From: a virus
Length of the DNA: 49,078 bases
Virus record (IMG/VR): IMGVR_UViG_3300003541_000001
Location: 1 to 49,078 of that record
Reading direction: 5' to 3' (one strand)
Shown: positions 16,738-26,914 of the stretch, one piece after another
How the letters are laid out: the number at the start of each line of letters is the position of its first letter
Numbering within the stretch: the first letter of the stretch is position 1
Program-made: the position numbers and the translations under genes
The notes under the pieces: model-generated
What the model was told of the DNA's origin: nothing
The model's database searches: none
The model's input: the letters and a program-made list of their open reading frames with translations, nothing else

Positions 16738-17945
16738 GGGATCTGACAATAAAACATAGCAAGGTTTTAGATAACTTATTTGAATCACAAAAGAGGGTTA
16801 TGGTTCTTGAGGGCGGATCATCGTCAACAAAAACATGGTCTATCTTTCAATGGATAATAGTGAACTGCTCACAGAACAGAAACGAGAGTTACACGATAGC
16901 CAGGTTGAAGATGACATGGACTAAAGCCACCTTGTTAAAAGACTTCGAGACTATGGTTGTCATGTATGGTCTTCCTGTTACCCCTGATATAAACATCAAC
17001 AGGCCGGATCAGTCATATAGGCTTTGGGGTAATGAACTTAATTTCATCGGGCTTGATGAACCACAGAAGGCTCATGGACGAAGGCAAGATTATCTTTGGC
17101 TCAATGAAGCTATGGAGGACTCGGAGAAAGAGGCTAACCAATTAATGATTCGAACAAAGAAGCGGATATTTATTGATTACAATCCCGCCGCTGAGAGCCA
17201 TTGGATTTATGATAATATCATTTCTCGTCCTGATTGTGATTTCTTTCACTCTACAATGAGGGACAATCCGTTCCTTGAACAGTCAATCATTGATGAGTTA
17301 AACAGGCTTGAGAATACTGACCCCGTTGCTTATAAGATTTATAACCTCGGACTCAGGGCAGTTCAAAGAGGGTTGATATTTAAGAATTGGGAGATCGTCC
17401 CCTGGATTCCTGAAGGGGCAAAAGTCATTGGTTATGGTCTGGATTTCGGGTATGTGAACGATCCATCAGCGCTGATGAGAGTGTGTCTCTTAAACGGGGA
17501 GCTTTGGATTGATGAACTTATCTATGAGAGAGGACTTGTCAACGTGCCTATCAGAGATGCAAGGACAGGGGCGACTCAAAAGAACATATCAGATCGTATG
17601 GTTGCCTGTGGATTAAAAGGGGGTTATGATGAGGTGATCGCAGATTCAGCGGAGATAAAATCTATTCATGAGCTTTATGCTATCGGATGGAATATGAAAC
17701 CGGCTCACAAACCGAAGATAACATTCGGACTCGACATACTTTTAAGATATAAGATAAACATCACAGAACGCAGTGTAAACACAATTAAGGAATTTAAAAA
17801 CTACAAGTGGGCAGTGGACAAGGACGGGGAACCGATACGCCCGGAGAAACCCATTGATGACTTCAATCATGGGATTGACGCTATCAGGTATGTGGCCGTT
17901 CTTAAACTCTCTCAAAGATTTCAAGGAATAAAACGCACTAATTAA
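16734..17945 (+). CDS. terL: Terminase large subunit (PBSX/Terminase_3-like)
   Basis: Walker-A-like LEGGSSSTKTWS, Walker-B-like YLWLNEA, and nuclease-domain acidic motifs GLDFGYVNDPSA and VIADSAE. Confidence 0.85.
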   Translation: MRDLTIKHSKVLDNLFESQKRVMVLEGGSSSTKTWSIFQWIIVNCSQNRNESYTIARLKMTWTKATLLKDFETMVVMYGLPVTPDININRPDQSYRLWGNELNFIGLDEPQKAHGRRQDYLWLNEAMEDSEKEANQLMIRTKKRIFIDYNPAAESHWIYDNIISRPDCDFFHSTMRDNPFLEQSIIDELNRLENTDPVAYKIYNLGLRAVQRGLIFKNWEIVPWIPEGAKVIGYGLDFGYVNDPSALMRVCLLNGELWIDELIYERGLVNVPIRDARTGATQKNISDRMVACGLKGGYDEVIADSAEIKSIHELYAIGWNMKPAHKPKITFGLDILLRYKINITERSVNTIKEFKNYKWAVDKDGEPIRPEKPIDDFNHGIDAIRYVAVLKLSQRFQGIKRTN

Positions 17946-17961
17946 TTTAATATTAAAAATC

Positions 17962-18195
17962 ATGGAAACAATCGCAGCAGCAATCATCGTGGCAATCATT
18001 ACAGTTATCGTGATGAAATTGATCGAAAGAGAAAAGGAATATTCAGTATCATTCATCCTTCCGTTTTTCGAGGGTGACGAAGATAAGGCAAAAGAGACCT
18101 TTGATAAATTGGCAGGATTAAAGATACCTGATAAATATATCAAGGTAAAGAAAGTAGTGACAGGTACTGAGTTTACTTTTACTGTAAAGAAATAA
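17962..18195 (+). CDS. Small protein with an N-terminal transmembrane helix
   Basis: METIAAAIIVAIITVIVMKLI... Confidence 0.5.
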   Translation: METIAAAIIVAIITVIVMKLIEREKEYSVSFILPFFEGDEDKAKETFDKLAGLKIPDKYIKVKKVVTGTEFTFTVKK

Positions 18196-18200
18196 AAGTC

Positions 18201-18353
18201 ATGTATAAAGGCAATGGAGCGAAATGTGTTGATTGTGGGTATCAAGACGATGTTAATAGTTTTGATATTGATGCAATGGATGAAGGAGATCCATCCCCTG
18301 TAATTACCTGCCCTAAATGTGGTGGTGTTGCTGAAATAATAGATGAAGAATAA
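18201..18353 (+). CDS. 50-aa zinc-ribbon protein (not in the ORF track)
   Basis: My translation is MYKGNGAKCVDCGY...ITCPKCGGVAEIIDEE (CxxC...CxxC). TAATG-coupled to the next gene. Confidence 0.5.
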   Translation: MYKGNGAKCVDCGYQDDVNSFDIDAMDEGDPSPVITCPKCGGVAEIIDEE

Positions 18354-18610
18354 TGAAGTATCTAATTGTTCTTTGTTTACTGCTTTTGTCTTGTGAGAAA
18401 CCGCAACCGGAACAGATAATAGAACCTGTCTTTTGTTATCAGTGCTGGAGGGAATATATCAATCCGGTTCATAATATATTTGAGTCTTTGGAGATTGATT
18501 TCTGCAACATGACCGAGGAGCAAATGAACAGGATCATCAAAGAAAATACTTATTACAGTCCTGATAGCACAGTGTCTTTAATATTACGATGTCAAAAAGG
18601 AGGTATATGA
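18353..18610 (+). CDS. Putative lipoprotein
   Basis: MKYLIVLCLLLLSCEKP, a signal peptide with a lipobox Cys. Confidence 0.55.
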   Translation: MKYLIVLCLLLLSCEKPQPEQIIEPVFCYQCWREYINPVHNIFESLEIDFCNMTEEQMNRIIKENTYYSPDSTVSLILRCQKGGI

Positions 18611-19623
18611 AAAGTCTTGGAGTGTCAATGATCGTTAAAAATGAAAGTGAATGTATTGAGGCATGTCTTGAATCGATCAAAGGAGTCGATGAGATAGTTA
18701 TTGTTGACACGGGGTCAGAAGATAACACGGTTGAACTCTGTAAGAAGTATACCGATAAAGTATATACCGATTATAGTTGGCAGGACGATTTTAGCGAAGC
18801 AAGGAATGTATCCCTATCACATTGCACCGCTGACTGGATCTTAATAATCGACGCTGACGAGGTTTTAAAGTGTTCTATCGAAGGATTGAGACACGTCCTG
18901 AACTCGTATATGGCCAAGAATGTCGAGGGTCATACAATCAGATATATGGGTATGTTGTTTGCCGTTCATACGGGGGTAGAGATAGTTGAGTCGATAAGGA
19001 TAATCAAAAATGATCCCTCAATCAAATGGGAGGGCGCAGTTCATAACTCACTAACTTTGGATGGTAATAATGAACATTTGAAAAACTCATGTTATAAATC
19101 AAAGTTTGAGATTGCATCAGGATACTCTCCGGCGCATTTTAAAGACCCCAATAGGAGTTTGAGGATACTAACCAAGCAACTTGAATTAAACCCTGACAAT
19201 ACACGGTATCAATATTACATGGCACGAGAATACATAGCAAGGAGAATGAACCCAGAAAATAAAGATCAGGTGGATGAATTACTCGATAAGATAATCTTTT
19301 GGCTTGAGAAATACGATGCTATTGCTTTTCACGGGGACTGGACAAACGAACTCGCAGACGCTTTGTATCTTCTTGCTTTGGCTTATTTCGAGAAGGTAAT
19401 GGTAACAAAAGACATCAGTTGGTGGCATAAAGGATTCGTTTCAGCGTTGAAGAGTTTTGCTGTGCTGCCTTCTTATCAGGCTCCTGCAAAGTTACTCTGT
19501 GATGCTATGCTTGAGATACCAGGATCAAAAGGAATGGTAAAATACAGGGCAGCTCATGAGTTCTGGCAACTGATAGCCTCGAAGTGTTCCAATGCAGGGG
19601 TCGCTCAGTTGAGAAAAGTATAG
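18607..19623 (+). CDS. GT2 glycosyltransferase with a C-terminal TPR-like helical domain
   Basis: SMIVKNESECIEACLESIKGVDEIVIVDTGSEDNT, ILIIDADEVL (DxD), then helical repeats LELNPDNTRYQYYMAREY... ATG 18607 follows AAGGAGG. Confidence 0.7.
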   Translation: MKSLGVSMIVKNESECIEACLESIKGVDEIVIVDTGSEDNTVELCKKYTDKVYTDYSWQDDFSEARNVSLSHCTADWILIIDADEVLKCSIEGLRHVLNSYMAKNVEGHTIRYMGMLFAVHTGVEIVESIRIIKNDPSIKWEGAVHNSLTLDGNNEHLKNSCYKSKFEIASGYSPAHFKDPNRSLRILTKQLELNPDNTRYQYYMAREYIARRMNPENKDQVDELLDKIIFWLEKYDAIAFHGDWTNELADALYLLALAYFEKVMVTKDISWWHKGFVSALKSFAVLPSYQAPAKLLCDAMLEIPGSKGMVKYRAAHEFWQLIASKCSNAGVAQLRKV

Positions 19624-19872
19624 ATGTGTCAACACGGTAATACCAAACCGCTTGTAGTTATCGGTAATGACGGCAAAGCAAAATTTGCCGACATTGATTC
19701 TTGTATTTACAAACTCGTAAAGGTACTGAATGATTCGGGGTTTAGGACTAAGGCGTGCTGCTGTGGCCATGGTAAGACAAATGGCAATATAGCATTAATG
19801 GATGGCAGGGAATTAATTATAGCAAAAGATTGGAATGAAGCAAGAAAAATCGAATCGGGATTACATAAATAA
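19624..19872 (+). CDS. Small Cys-rich hypothetical protein
   Basis: ORF track; FRTKACCCGHGKTNGNIAL. Confidence 0.5.
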   Translation: MCQHGNTKPLVVIGNDGKAKFADIDSCIYKLVKVLNDSGFRTKACCCGHGKTNGNIALMDGRELIIAKDWNEARKIESGLHK

Positions 19873-20245
19873 AATAATTCCATTGGTAATATATCCGTTT
19901 GATGTGATGATTTCTTTCAATGAGTCAGATAAACAAATTACAGAGGCATTGAAACGGTTTGGAATAATTGAATCAGAGTGTCATGAATCATTACTTTTCA
20001 ATATGGATAAGGTGAAAACGCTGAGAGGCAGGATGGTTATGTTCCTTGGAAAACAAACTGTATTAAGGTTGAATTTCATTCCGAAAACAAATAACCCGGA
20101 ACACATGGGATTACTTCAACACGAGATATTTCATGCGGTTGGGTTTATCATGCAAGAGATCAATACACCCCTAAATACAGACACTCATGAAGCTTATGCT
20201 TACCTCATCCAATATTTAACAGAGCAGATTTACAGGACATTATAA
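19835..20245 (+). CDS. Putative zinc metallopeptidase (HExxH)
   Basis: LLQHEIFHAVGF. The start is uncertain (19835, 19883, 19904 or 19907). Confidence 0.45.
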   Translation: MKQEKSNRDYINKIIPLVIYPFDVMISFNESDKQITEALKRFGIIESECHESLLFNMDKVKTLRGRMVMFLGKQTVLRLNFIPKTNNPEHMGLLQHEIFHAVGFIMQEINTPLNTDTHEAYAYLIQYLTEQIYRTL

Positions 20246-20274
20246 TATATGTTAATAAGTATATATGTAAATAC

Positions 20275-20305
20275 TTGCCTATGTCGGAAATATTGACTAT
20301 CTTTG
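20275..20305 (+). promoter_or_regulatory. Bacteroidota-type promoter (TTG-N20-TATCTTTG) for the structural module
   Basis: TTG at 20275..20277 and TATCTTTG at 20298..20305, in the 134-nt gap before 20380. Confidence 0.5.
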
Positions 20306-20379
20306 TAGTCTAATGCCTAAAATACGAGGTAAACATTTCCGAATGATTTTTCAATCGTTAAACTTAAAATCATAATCCA

Positions 20380-20988
20380 ATGGCAATAACAGTATGTCAG
20401 TGTCCTGTTTCTACGACTATTGCATCTATCGTGACTTCGGTCAATGACTGCAAAATTGAACTGGGACAGATTCAAAAACTTATATTCTGGAGGCATGGTC
20501 AGTCACTCGCTGCTGCCGCTTCCGCTATTTCGTCTTCAGTATGGACTACAAGGCTCGCCGCTGTCGGTGACACGAAAGCCGTTGTCTCTCCATTTGTATC
20601 TCTTATCATACCACCTACGGCCAAGAGGGAAGTAGGATCAGGTAATGAGGTTCGTGATGGCATTCCTATTGCTATCGGCACTCTTCCTGTAAAGTGTGAA
20701 GGTCATATATGGCAGACAAGCCAGGCGACGATAAAACTCTTGAAGAATCTTGAATGTGAAGACCTCGATGTTATGTTCGTCAATGAGAACGGGCAGTTGG
20801 CTTATTCGCTTGAGAGCGGTAAGGTCAAGGGATTCCCGGTGACGTCGTTCTTTGTTTCTGATCTCGGAGCTGGTTCTTATGCAGACGGTTCAAAGAATCA
20901 ATTTTCGTTCTATCTCTCTGGCGGGTGGTCACTCAACTTTACGCTCACGGCAGCTACCACATTCTTACTTGACGCAGTTAACTCGTAA
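20380..20988 (+). CDS. Hypothetical virion-module protein
   Basis: First ORF after the late promoter. No family recognised. Confidence 0.6.
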   Translation: MAITVCQCPVSTTIASIVTSVNDCKIELGQIQKLIFWRHGQSLAAAASAISSSVWTTRLAAVGDTKAVVSPFVSLIIPPTAKREVGSGNEVRDGIPIAIGTLPVKCEGHIWQTSQATIKLLKNLECEDLDVMFVNENGQLAYSLESGKVKGFPVTSFFVSDLGAGSYADGSKNQFSFYLSGGWSLNFTLTAATTFLLDAVNS

Positions 20989-21191
20989 TGGTTACTTTAG
21001 TCTGCGGAGATTTGGTGCATGAGTGCAGTGAAGAAGAGGCAGAGGCTATCTTCAAGATTCAACGTGCGATGAGAACTAACGACTGGCAATTAAAACAAGA
21101 AAATGGCATTAACGCTGGAGCAGATACAGAACCTGATCGACACACGCCCTCACAAAAGAGAACTCGACAGGGCAAAGGTTCATCAAAATAG
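20988..21191 (+). CDS. Hypothetical small protein overlapping the portal start
   Basis: TAATG coupling. The last ~89 nt overlap 21103..22833, so the true end or function is unclear. Confidence 0.35.
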   Translation: MVTLVCGDLVHECSEEEAEAIFKIQRAMRTNDWQLKQENGINAGADTEPDRHTPSQKRTRQGKGSSK

Positions 21192-22833
21192 GTTAAAGTT
21201 CCATACCGATACAGAGATTCTGGTTAATGAACTGTCACCTTATCGTGATACGTTCCTTAACTGGATATGCACTAAGGAACCGGAGTTACTGCCTAAAGAC
21301 AAGGTTGAGAGATTTAAGCAACTCATGACCTGCCCGCTTCCTACAGTTCAATTAACACAGTCTATTAATATCTATTTGTCGAGAATATTCGAAGGTCAAG
21401 ATGCTTTCTTTAGGTATGATTTTAATGACCCTGACAAAGAAGCAGACTGGGAGGACTTCCGGGACGACGAGTTCTGGAAGACGGATGGTATGCAGGCAAT
21501 GATTAATGCCATTGACTCTGTTTGGGTGGTGGATCTTCCGCAGGAGCAGACAGGGGATAAACCGGAGCCAAAGAATATGCTCATTGACATATCGAATATT
21601 ATCGATCTTTCTTGTAAGAAGAATGGTGAGTGTATGTATGTCATCTTCTCAATAGGGGACAAACTCTTTGTTTATGATGAGGTGAGTATATCTGCTTTCG
21701 ATTTCACACAAAAGAAAGTAGGTACTTTGATCTCGGAGTTTAAACACGAACTTGGTTACTGCCCTGCAAGGATGTTCTGGAGCGATATGCTCAATTCAAA
21801 GAACTGCATAAATCACAAGGCTCCTCTGACAAATGTACTCTCTGAACTTGACTGGCTTTTAGTTCATAAGATTTTCAAGAAGTACATGGACATCGCTAAC
21901 TCATGGCCTATTCTTGTTACTTATCAATCAGGACAGGACTATACAGATTTAACACCGGAAGAAAATAGGGGCAGGGGTGAAGGCCAGCAGAAAACGAAAG
22001 GCAAGGGATTAATCGCTCCCGGGACTATCGTTGAAGTTCCTATTCCAATAGAGGGTCAACCGGATTTAATGAGCAATCCTTTAGCATGGGTTGCTCCTCC
22101 GGTAGAGACTTTGCAATTTCATGTCACCGAAGATGAGAGGTTAACAGATTATATCTTCAAGACTTCCGTTGGCATTGACGGGGAACAGAAGAACGACCAA
22201 GCCAAGAATGAGAAACAAGTATTGGCTTCCTTTGAAAACCAGTCGATAATATTAAGAAGGCTGGCGCAGAACTTTGAGAAGATTCAAACCTTTGCCGACG
22301 AGACAATAATAGCTTTACGATACGGTGAAGAGGTGACCGTCTCAATAGACTACGGGTCAAAGTTCTTTTTAAAGACTGCCGAAAGTTTAATGGTAGAGAA
22401 AGAGTCTCTGGCTGGTGATGATGTTATGACCGATGCTGTTAATACAGAGATGATAGAGACAAAGTTCAGGAATGATTCATCGGGTAAGATAAGGGCAAAT
22501 GTTATTAATGACCTCGACCCGATGCCGGGGAAGACAATCGATGAGGCAATCAATATCTTTAAGTCGGGGGTTGTTGATGATTATACTTTCTGGTTAAAAT
22601 CTACTTTGATGAATAATGTTCGGAGGTTTGAAAGGGATCAACTTCCAATAGCACAGTTTATGAAGGATCAGGATTATGCCGAGAGAATTAAGTTGATTCA
22701 GGATGAGTTTAAAAAGTATTATGAAGAAATGCAAGCAGAGCAGCCGGAACCGACACCAGTGGCAACATTTACACCTACTCCGGTGGTAACTGCAATACCG
22801 GACACATTAATAGAACAGAATCCCGTAAAGTGA
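21103..22833 (+). CDS. Putative portal protein
   Basis: 576 aa, lying between the terminase region and the scaffold/capsid genes. Called on size and position only. Confidence 0.5.
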   Translation: MALTLEQIQNLIDTRPHKRELDRAKVHQNRLKFHTDTEILVNELSPYRDTFLNWICTKEPELLPKDKVERFKQLMTCPLPTVQLTQSINIYLSRIFEGQDAFFRYDFNDPDKEADWEDFRDDEFWKTDGMQAMINAIDSVWVVDLPQEQTGDKPEPKNMLIDISNIIDLSCKKNGECMYVIFSIGDKLFVYDEVSISAFDFTQKKVGTLISEFKHELGYCPARMFWSDMLNSKNCINHKAPLTNVLSELDWLLVHKIFKKYMDIANSWPILVTYQSGQDYTDLTPEENRGRGEGQQKTKGKGLIAPGTIVEVPIPIEGQPDLMSNPLAWVAPPVETLQFHVTEDERLTDYIFKTSVGIDGEQKNDQAKNEKQVLASFENQSIILRRLAQNFEKIQTFADETIIALRYGEEVTVSIDYGSKFFLKTAESLMVEKESLAGDDVMTDAVNTEMIETKFRNDSSGKIRANVINDLDPMPGKTIDEAINIFKSGVVDDYTFWLKSTLMNNVRRFERDQLPIAQFMKDQDYAERIKLIQDEFKKYYEEMQAEQPEPTPVATFTPTPVVTAIPDTLIEQNPVK

Positions 22834-22866
22834 TGCGGGTATAATAATAATTAATACAAAAGAGTA

Positions 22867-23229
22867 ATGAAAGCAAATTTGGATAATACAGTGGAGATCG
22901 AAGTGGAGAACCGCCTTTGTTATCATTTGAGAGTCGAGAGCAGGGCTGTCCATCCTGCAAGACCTTTAGACCCGGTAATAAGAAAGAGAATCTTATGCCT
23001 GCGTCAGATTGATTATAAGAAGTATTTTCAATGTTCTGCTGAAGACCAGGTTGGTTACTTAAAGGCAATGAACATTAGAAACTGCGAACTGGTGCATGAT
23101 CCTTCTTTGGAGGATTCTGTAAGGATTGAGAGACCGAAAAGTGCAGAAGAGGAATTTATACTTGCAAAGAAAATCGGATCAGCCGTTACCTCTCCGATAA
23201 CCAGGAAAACTAAAAAGGCTGTGAAATGA
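22867..23229 (+). CDS. Hypothetical head-module protein
   Basis: ORF track; overlaps the scaffold start. Confidence 0.5.
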   Translation: MKANLDNTVEIEVENRLCYHLRVESRAVHPARPLDPVIRKRILCLRQIDYKKYFQCSAEDQVGYLKAMNIRNCELVHDPSLEDSVRIERPKSAEEEFILAKKIGSAVTSPITRKTKKAVK

Positions 23230-24119
23230 AGAAAGACGAGGTGCTGAAAGTATTAGAGACGGCAAAAGGGGACGAGTCGTTTATAGTACGCACAGAAGCA
23301 GAAGACAAAACGTTCCTTGAAAACTATGGTAAGAAAATCGAAGAAGAGGTAATCCCTTCTAAGATCAGCGAACTGCACACCCGATACGATGACGATATTT
23401 TTGCCGTAACAGGGTTGAAAAAGAATCCTACGGAGAAGACTTATGACTTTACAAAAAGAGTTCTCTCGGAGTTCAAGACAAAAGCAGAGAAATCCTCGGT
23501 GCTTGAAAAAGAGATAGGTGAGTTAAAGAAACAACTCGCTGATGGTACTGGAGATAAGAAGACACTGGCCGATCTCGAAGCAATGCAGAGGGCTTACAAA
23601 GAACTTGAAGACACCAAGACGAAAGAGGTGACTGAGTTGCGTACTCAATTTGAGAAGTACAAAGATGAATCTGAGATTGTCGCTGCTACATCAGGGATGG
23701 CATTTAAAAAGAATATCCCGGAGGCAGCTATTAAGTCTTTGATGAAACAGATAATAAGTGATCTCACTTCGATAGCATCCCGGCAGGATGGCAAGTTAGT
23801 ATTCCTTAAAGACGGAGTGCCGATGCGCAATCCTCACAATGCTTTAAATCCTTACACCGCCGATGAACTTTTAAAAGAAAGACTCAAAGACGTTATCGAC
23901 ATAGGGAGAAAGGCGGAAGGTGGGCCGGGACTCGAAAGCGAGATTGTTAAAGAATATGACAAAGATAAGAAACTGACAAAAGTGACATTGTTAATTCCTG
24001 ATTCTGTCAAAACAAAAGAAGATTTAAGTAAATTTTTGGTGAGTCAAAAACTGTTAAGAGGAACACAGGAATACCTCCTTGCTTATAAGGAATATTCAGA
24101 AAACTTACCCCGTGCCTGA
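23226..24119 (+). CDS. Putative scaffolding protein
   Basis: Charged, Lys/Glu-rich, coiled-coil-like sequence directly upstream of the capsid gene. Confidence 0.55.
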   Translation: MKKDEVLKVLETAKGDESFIVRTEAEDKTFLENYGKKIEEEVIPSKISELHTRYDDDIFAVTGLKKNPTEKTYDFTKRVLSEFKTKAEKSSVLEKEIGELKKQLADGTGDKKTLADLEAMQRAYKELEDTKTKEVTELRTQFEKYKDESEIVAATSGMAFKKNIPEAAIKSLMKQIISDLTSIASRQDGKLVFLKDGVPMRNPHNALNPYTADELLKERLKDVIDIGRKAEGGPGLESEIVKEYDKDKKLTKVTLLIPDSVKTKEDLSKFLVSQKLLRGTQEYLLAYKEYSENLPRA

Positions 24120-24172
24120 AATGTGACTTCATGCAGAACCATATAGTATTAATTTAAAAACAAACATTTATT

Positions 24173-25201
24173 ATGGCTTATGCTGCAACCGTGTTAGACG
24201 AATTTCGTCTCTCATACGAAAAATCAAATCTGGATGCGCATGATAACCGTTTCAGTGATTACGGTGCTTATGCTACATTCGTGAAAGATACCCCGAATCT
24301 TATTCCGGGTTATGCTGAACTAATCGCAGGCCGTGCCTCTGCTGCACGTACGGCTTCGATCCCTGTCCTTACAAGACAGACGCTCTCAACTGCCGCCGTT
24401 AGGTCATGTACTCCGACCTACAACCAGGCTACATCCGCTTACGTGACTCCTTCGTGGACGACCGTTGAAGCAGGGTTTATGATGGTTCCTGCCGAACATC
24501 AGGATAATTACATCAAGTATCAGGATGCTTTTAATCATCAGGGCAGAGCCGTCGAGAAAGCATTTCTTTTGGATGCTGACACTGATGCCGTTGCTTACCT
24601 GGTCGCACACCTGACCTATGCCGATGCTGCTAAAGGTAACCCGTTCTTCCAGACTGCTTATTATATGCAGGTTCCGCTTGCTTTCCATGATACTTTCTTT
24701 CAGGATCTGAAGGATGTCATGTATGCAAACGACATCACTGGTGACATCAACATTGTTGGTTCTCACCGTGTTCGTGGTCTGGTTGAATATTATTCCAATC
24801 AAGGTGCTGGCAACAGTGCCAATCTTACCTTCCAGTACAATGGTTTTAACTTTGCTTATAGCAACAGGACAGCCATTGGAACAGCTCTTCTCGGAGTGGC
24901 TTATGCTATGCCAGTCGGTTCGCTCGGTTATCTTAACTGGGTTGACATCGATGCAAAGATGGGCAATAAATCCGGTGACGGTAAGGAATGGTACGAACAG
25001 GAACTTCCGCTTCTCGGTCAGAAAGTGGGTGTTCTCTTCCAGAGTTCATGTGCTGACAAGAGTGGTCTGTTGACTGGTCTTGAGGCTTCTCTGATGGAGA
25101 ATTACTCATTCAGTTTCGACAGGGCATTCACCAGCTCTTATGACGCTACGATCACCACAGATGCAGGAGTCATCTTCGGTATCGAGTTTGCAAAAACCTA
25201 A
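24173..25201 (+). CDS. Putative major capsid protein
   Basis: 342 aa, downstream of the scaffold and followed by a strong intrinsic terminator, as expected for a highly expressed gene. Confidence 0.6.
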   Translation: MAYAATVLDEFRLSYEKSNLDAHDNRFSDYGAYATFVKDTPNLIPGYAELIAGRASAARTASIPVLTRQTLSTAAVRSCTPTYNQATSAYVTPSWTTVEAGFMMVPAEHQDNYIKYQDAFNHQGRAVEKAFLLDADTDAVAYLVAHLTYADAAKGNPFFQTAYYMQVPLAFHDTFFQDLKDVMYANDITGDINIVGSHRVRGLVEYYSNQGAGNSANLTFQYNGFNFAYSNRTAIGTALLGVAYAMPVGSLGYLNWVDIDAKMGNKSGDGKEWYEQELPLLGQKVGVLFQSSCADKSGLLTGLEASLMENYSFSFDRAFTSSYDATITTDAGVIFGIEFAKT

Positions 25202-25213
25202 TTGTTAATTGAG

Positions 25214-25247
25214 AGTCCTCGTCAATGAGGCGGGGACTTTCTTTTTT
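25214..25247 (+). terminator. Rho-independent terminator after the capsid gene
   Basis: AGTCCTCG (25214..25221) pairs with CGGGGACT (25231..25238), followed by TTCTTTTTT. Confidence 0.7.
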
Positions 25248-25250
25248 ATT

Positions 25251-25472
25251 ATGTGCTGCAAAAAAACACAAGTTCAAAGGATCATTGAAGGGTTTGGTAA
25301 TTATGTATTCAGGACACCGGAGACAGAGGCAATAGCCAAGAGACGTGCTGAGATTTGCGCCGTATGTCTTCAGATCAATAAAGTGAAAAATGAGTTCTGT
25401 CCTGAATGTAAATGTTTCATCCCTGCAAAGATCAGATCGATGGCTGAAGAATGTCCTAAAAAACTCTGGTAA
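25251..25472 (+). CDS. Small Cys-rich (zinc-binding-like) protein
   Basis: ATG 25251 follows the terminator; the track's TTG at 25209 would include the hairpin. CAVC...CPECKC...CP. Confidence 0.5.
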   Translation: MCCKKTQVQRIIEGFGNYVFRTPETEAIAKRRAEICAVCLQINKVKNEFCPECKCFIPAKIRSMAEECPKKLW

Positions 25473-26627
25473 ATGTTCAATCTATCAACTTTAAAAACTG
25501 CACTAACCGGTTATATCGGATTCAAAGACTTTGACGATCCGGCTATCGGTCATGTGGCAACAGCCTTGAGGAGTTCTGTTTCAGGGCAATACTTCAGCGA
25601 CTTTCATCCACTTCTTCGGAGTGATAATCTTTACTATGCTCATCCCGAAGATTTATCTTTTGATACGTGGCTTCAGGAAAGACTCGACAGTTCAGTAAAC
25701 ACTCTCTTTAGTAAGTTAGCCGCAGGGAAGAAGATCGGCGGTTCTACAAGGTCAATATTCGATAATCTTCAACTCTTTACAGGATCAGGGCCACTGTCTG
25801 ATACTATCACGAAATCTGGTCGGTTAGTAGGGTTAGCGATAACACCGAGAAACGTTAATAATATCCAGGTCGTTTTAGATCAGATAGGTTTTCAGTTTAG
25901 TGCTGCACAAACAAGGCTCCCGGTTTACCTCTGGCACTCTTCAAGAGTAGCAACGGTGGACTCTTATTCGTTAACTACTTTTGCAAGTAATAAATTCACA
26001 TGGAAGCCGATAGGGTTTACTCTGGACTATGTTAACTATGCTCAAGACATTGACGCCGGCGGGACATGGTTCGTGGGTTACTTTGAGAACGACCTTACAG
26101 GTAATGCAGTCTTAAAGAGATATGACTTCTATCATGGCCCTTGTTCTTCATGCAGGAATACAATCGATGACCGGAACAGGTTTAATCTCTGGTCGAAGTA
26201 CGTGGATATAATTCCATTTTCGGTAAGTGCTTCTGCATTGTCAGGAAGTAACCTGCCGGATATGAATAGCATGGTTTACGATGAGACTAATAACTTTGGA
26301 CTGAATCTCTCGCTTTCGGTTAAACCTGATGTGACGGAATTAATTACGGGAAATCTTTCTTTAATCGCTTATCCTTTAGGATTACAATTTGCTACTGATA
26401 TGCTTAACTGGATGCTCATGAATCCCTCGACAAGAGTTAATCCCTCGAGAATAAACGCATCACAGTCGGCATTGGCTTATGAACTTTCGGGGGATAAGTC
26501 GAGCAATAAGAAAGGTTTGATATGGGACACCGAAAGGGCTATTGAGGCACTGTCAATGGATTTAAGTGACTTATCTGCTGCACTGCCAAAGAACAAACCA
26601 TCAGGGATAAGAATAGGAGCTATATGA
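25473..26627 (+). CDS. Hypothetical virion structural protein
   Basis: 384-aa ORF in the head-tail connector region. Confidence 0.6.
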   Translation: MFNLSTLKTALTGYIGFKDFDDPAIGHVATALRSSVSGQYFSDFHPLLRSDNLYYAHPEDLSFDTWLQERLDSSVNTLFSKLAAGKKIGGSTRSIFDNLQLFTGSGPLSDTITKSGRLVGLAITPRNVNNIQVVLDQIGFQFSAAQTRLPVYLWHSSRVATVDSYSLTTFASNKFTWKPIGFTLDYVNYAQDIDAGGTWFVGYFENDLTGNAVLKRYDFYHGPCSSCRNTIDDRNRFNLWSKYVDIIPFSVSASALSGSNLPDMNSMVYDETNNFGLNLSLSVKPDVTELITGNLSLIAYPLGLQFATDMLNWMLMNPSTRVNPSRINASQSALAYELSGDKSSNKKGLIWDTERAIEALSMDLSDLSAALPKNKPSGIRIGAI

Positions 26628-26914
26628 TACCAACAGCATCGAGACCTCAATTAGTGACTCAAGGGACAGTGGTTCAGTGTCCTTCGTGCGGGTGGAAAGG
26701 ATATTTAGGGGATTGCTTACAATCAGTTTATTTGGATCATAGGCCAGGAAGATTAATCCCTGCGGAAAGGGGAGGCAATGGGAAGAACTACCGATGTCCA
26801 CAATCAAATACATCAGGCCAGCATATTTGCAAACATTTGATATTCTTTACCCGATATGACGCTAACAGAAAAATTATCGCACCTGCGGGCCATCAATTTA
26901 GAAGCATTGTTTGA
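26624..26914 (+). CDS. Small zinc-ribbon-like protein
   Basis: VQCPSCGWKG...YRCPQ. Its 3' end overlaps the next ORF by 59 nt. Confidence 0.4.
   Translation: MIPTASRPQLVTQGTVVQCPSCGWKGYLGDCLQSVYLDHRPGRLIPAERGGNGKNYRCPQSNTSGQHICKHLIFFTRYDANRKIIAPAGHQFRSIV

Noticed and set aside
20988-21191. The overlap of the small ORF with the portal start considered as a programmed frameshift.
   Set aside because: No slippery sequence is evident at the overlap, and the portal has a plausible ATG of its own. It is more likely an over-extended small ORF.
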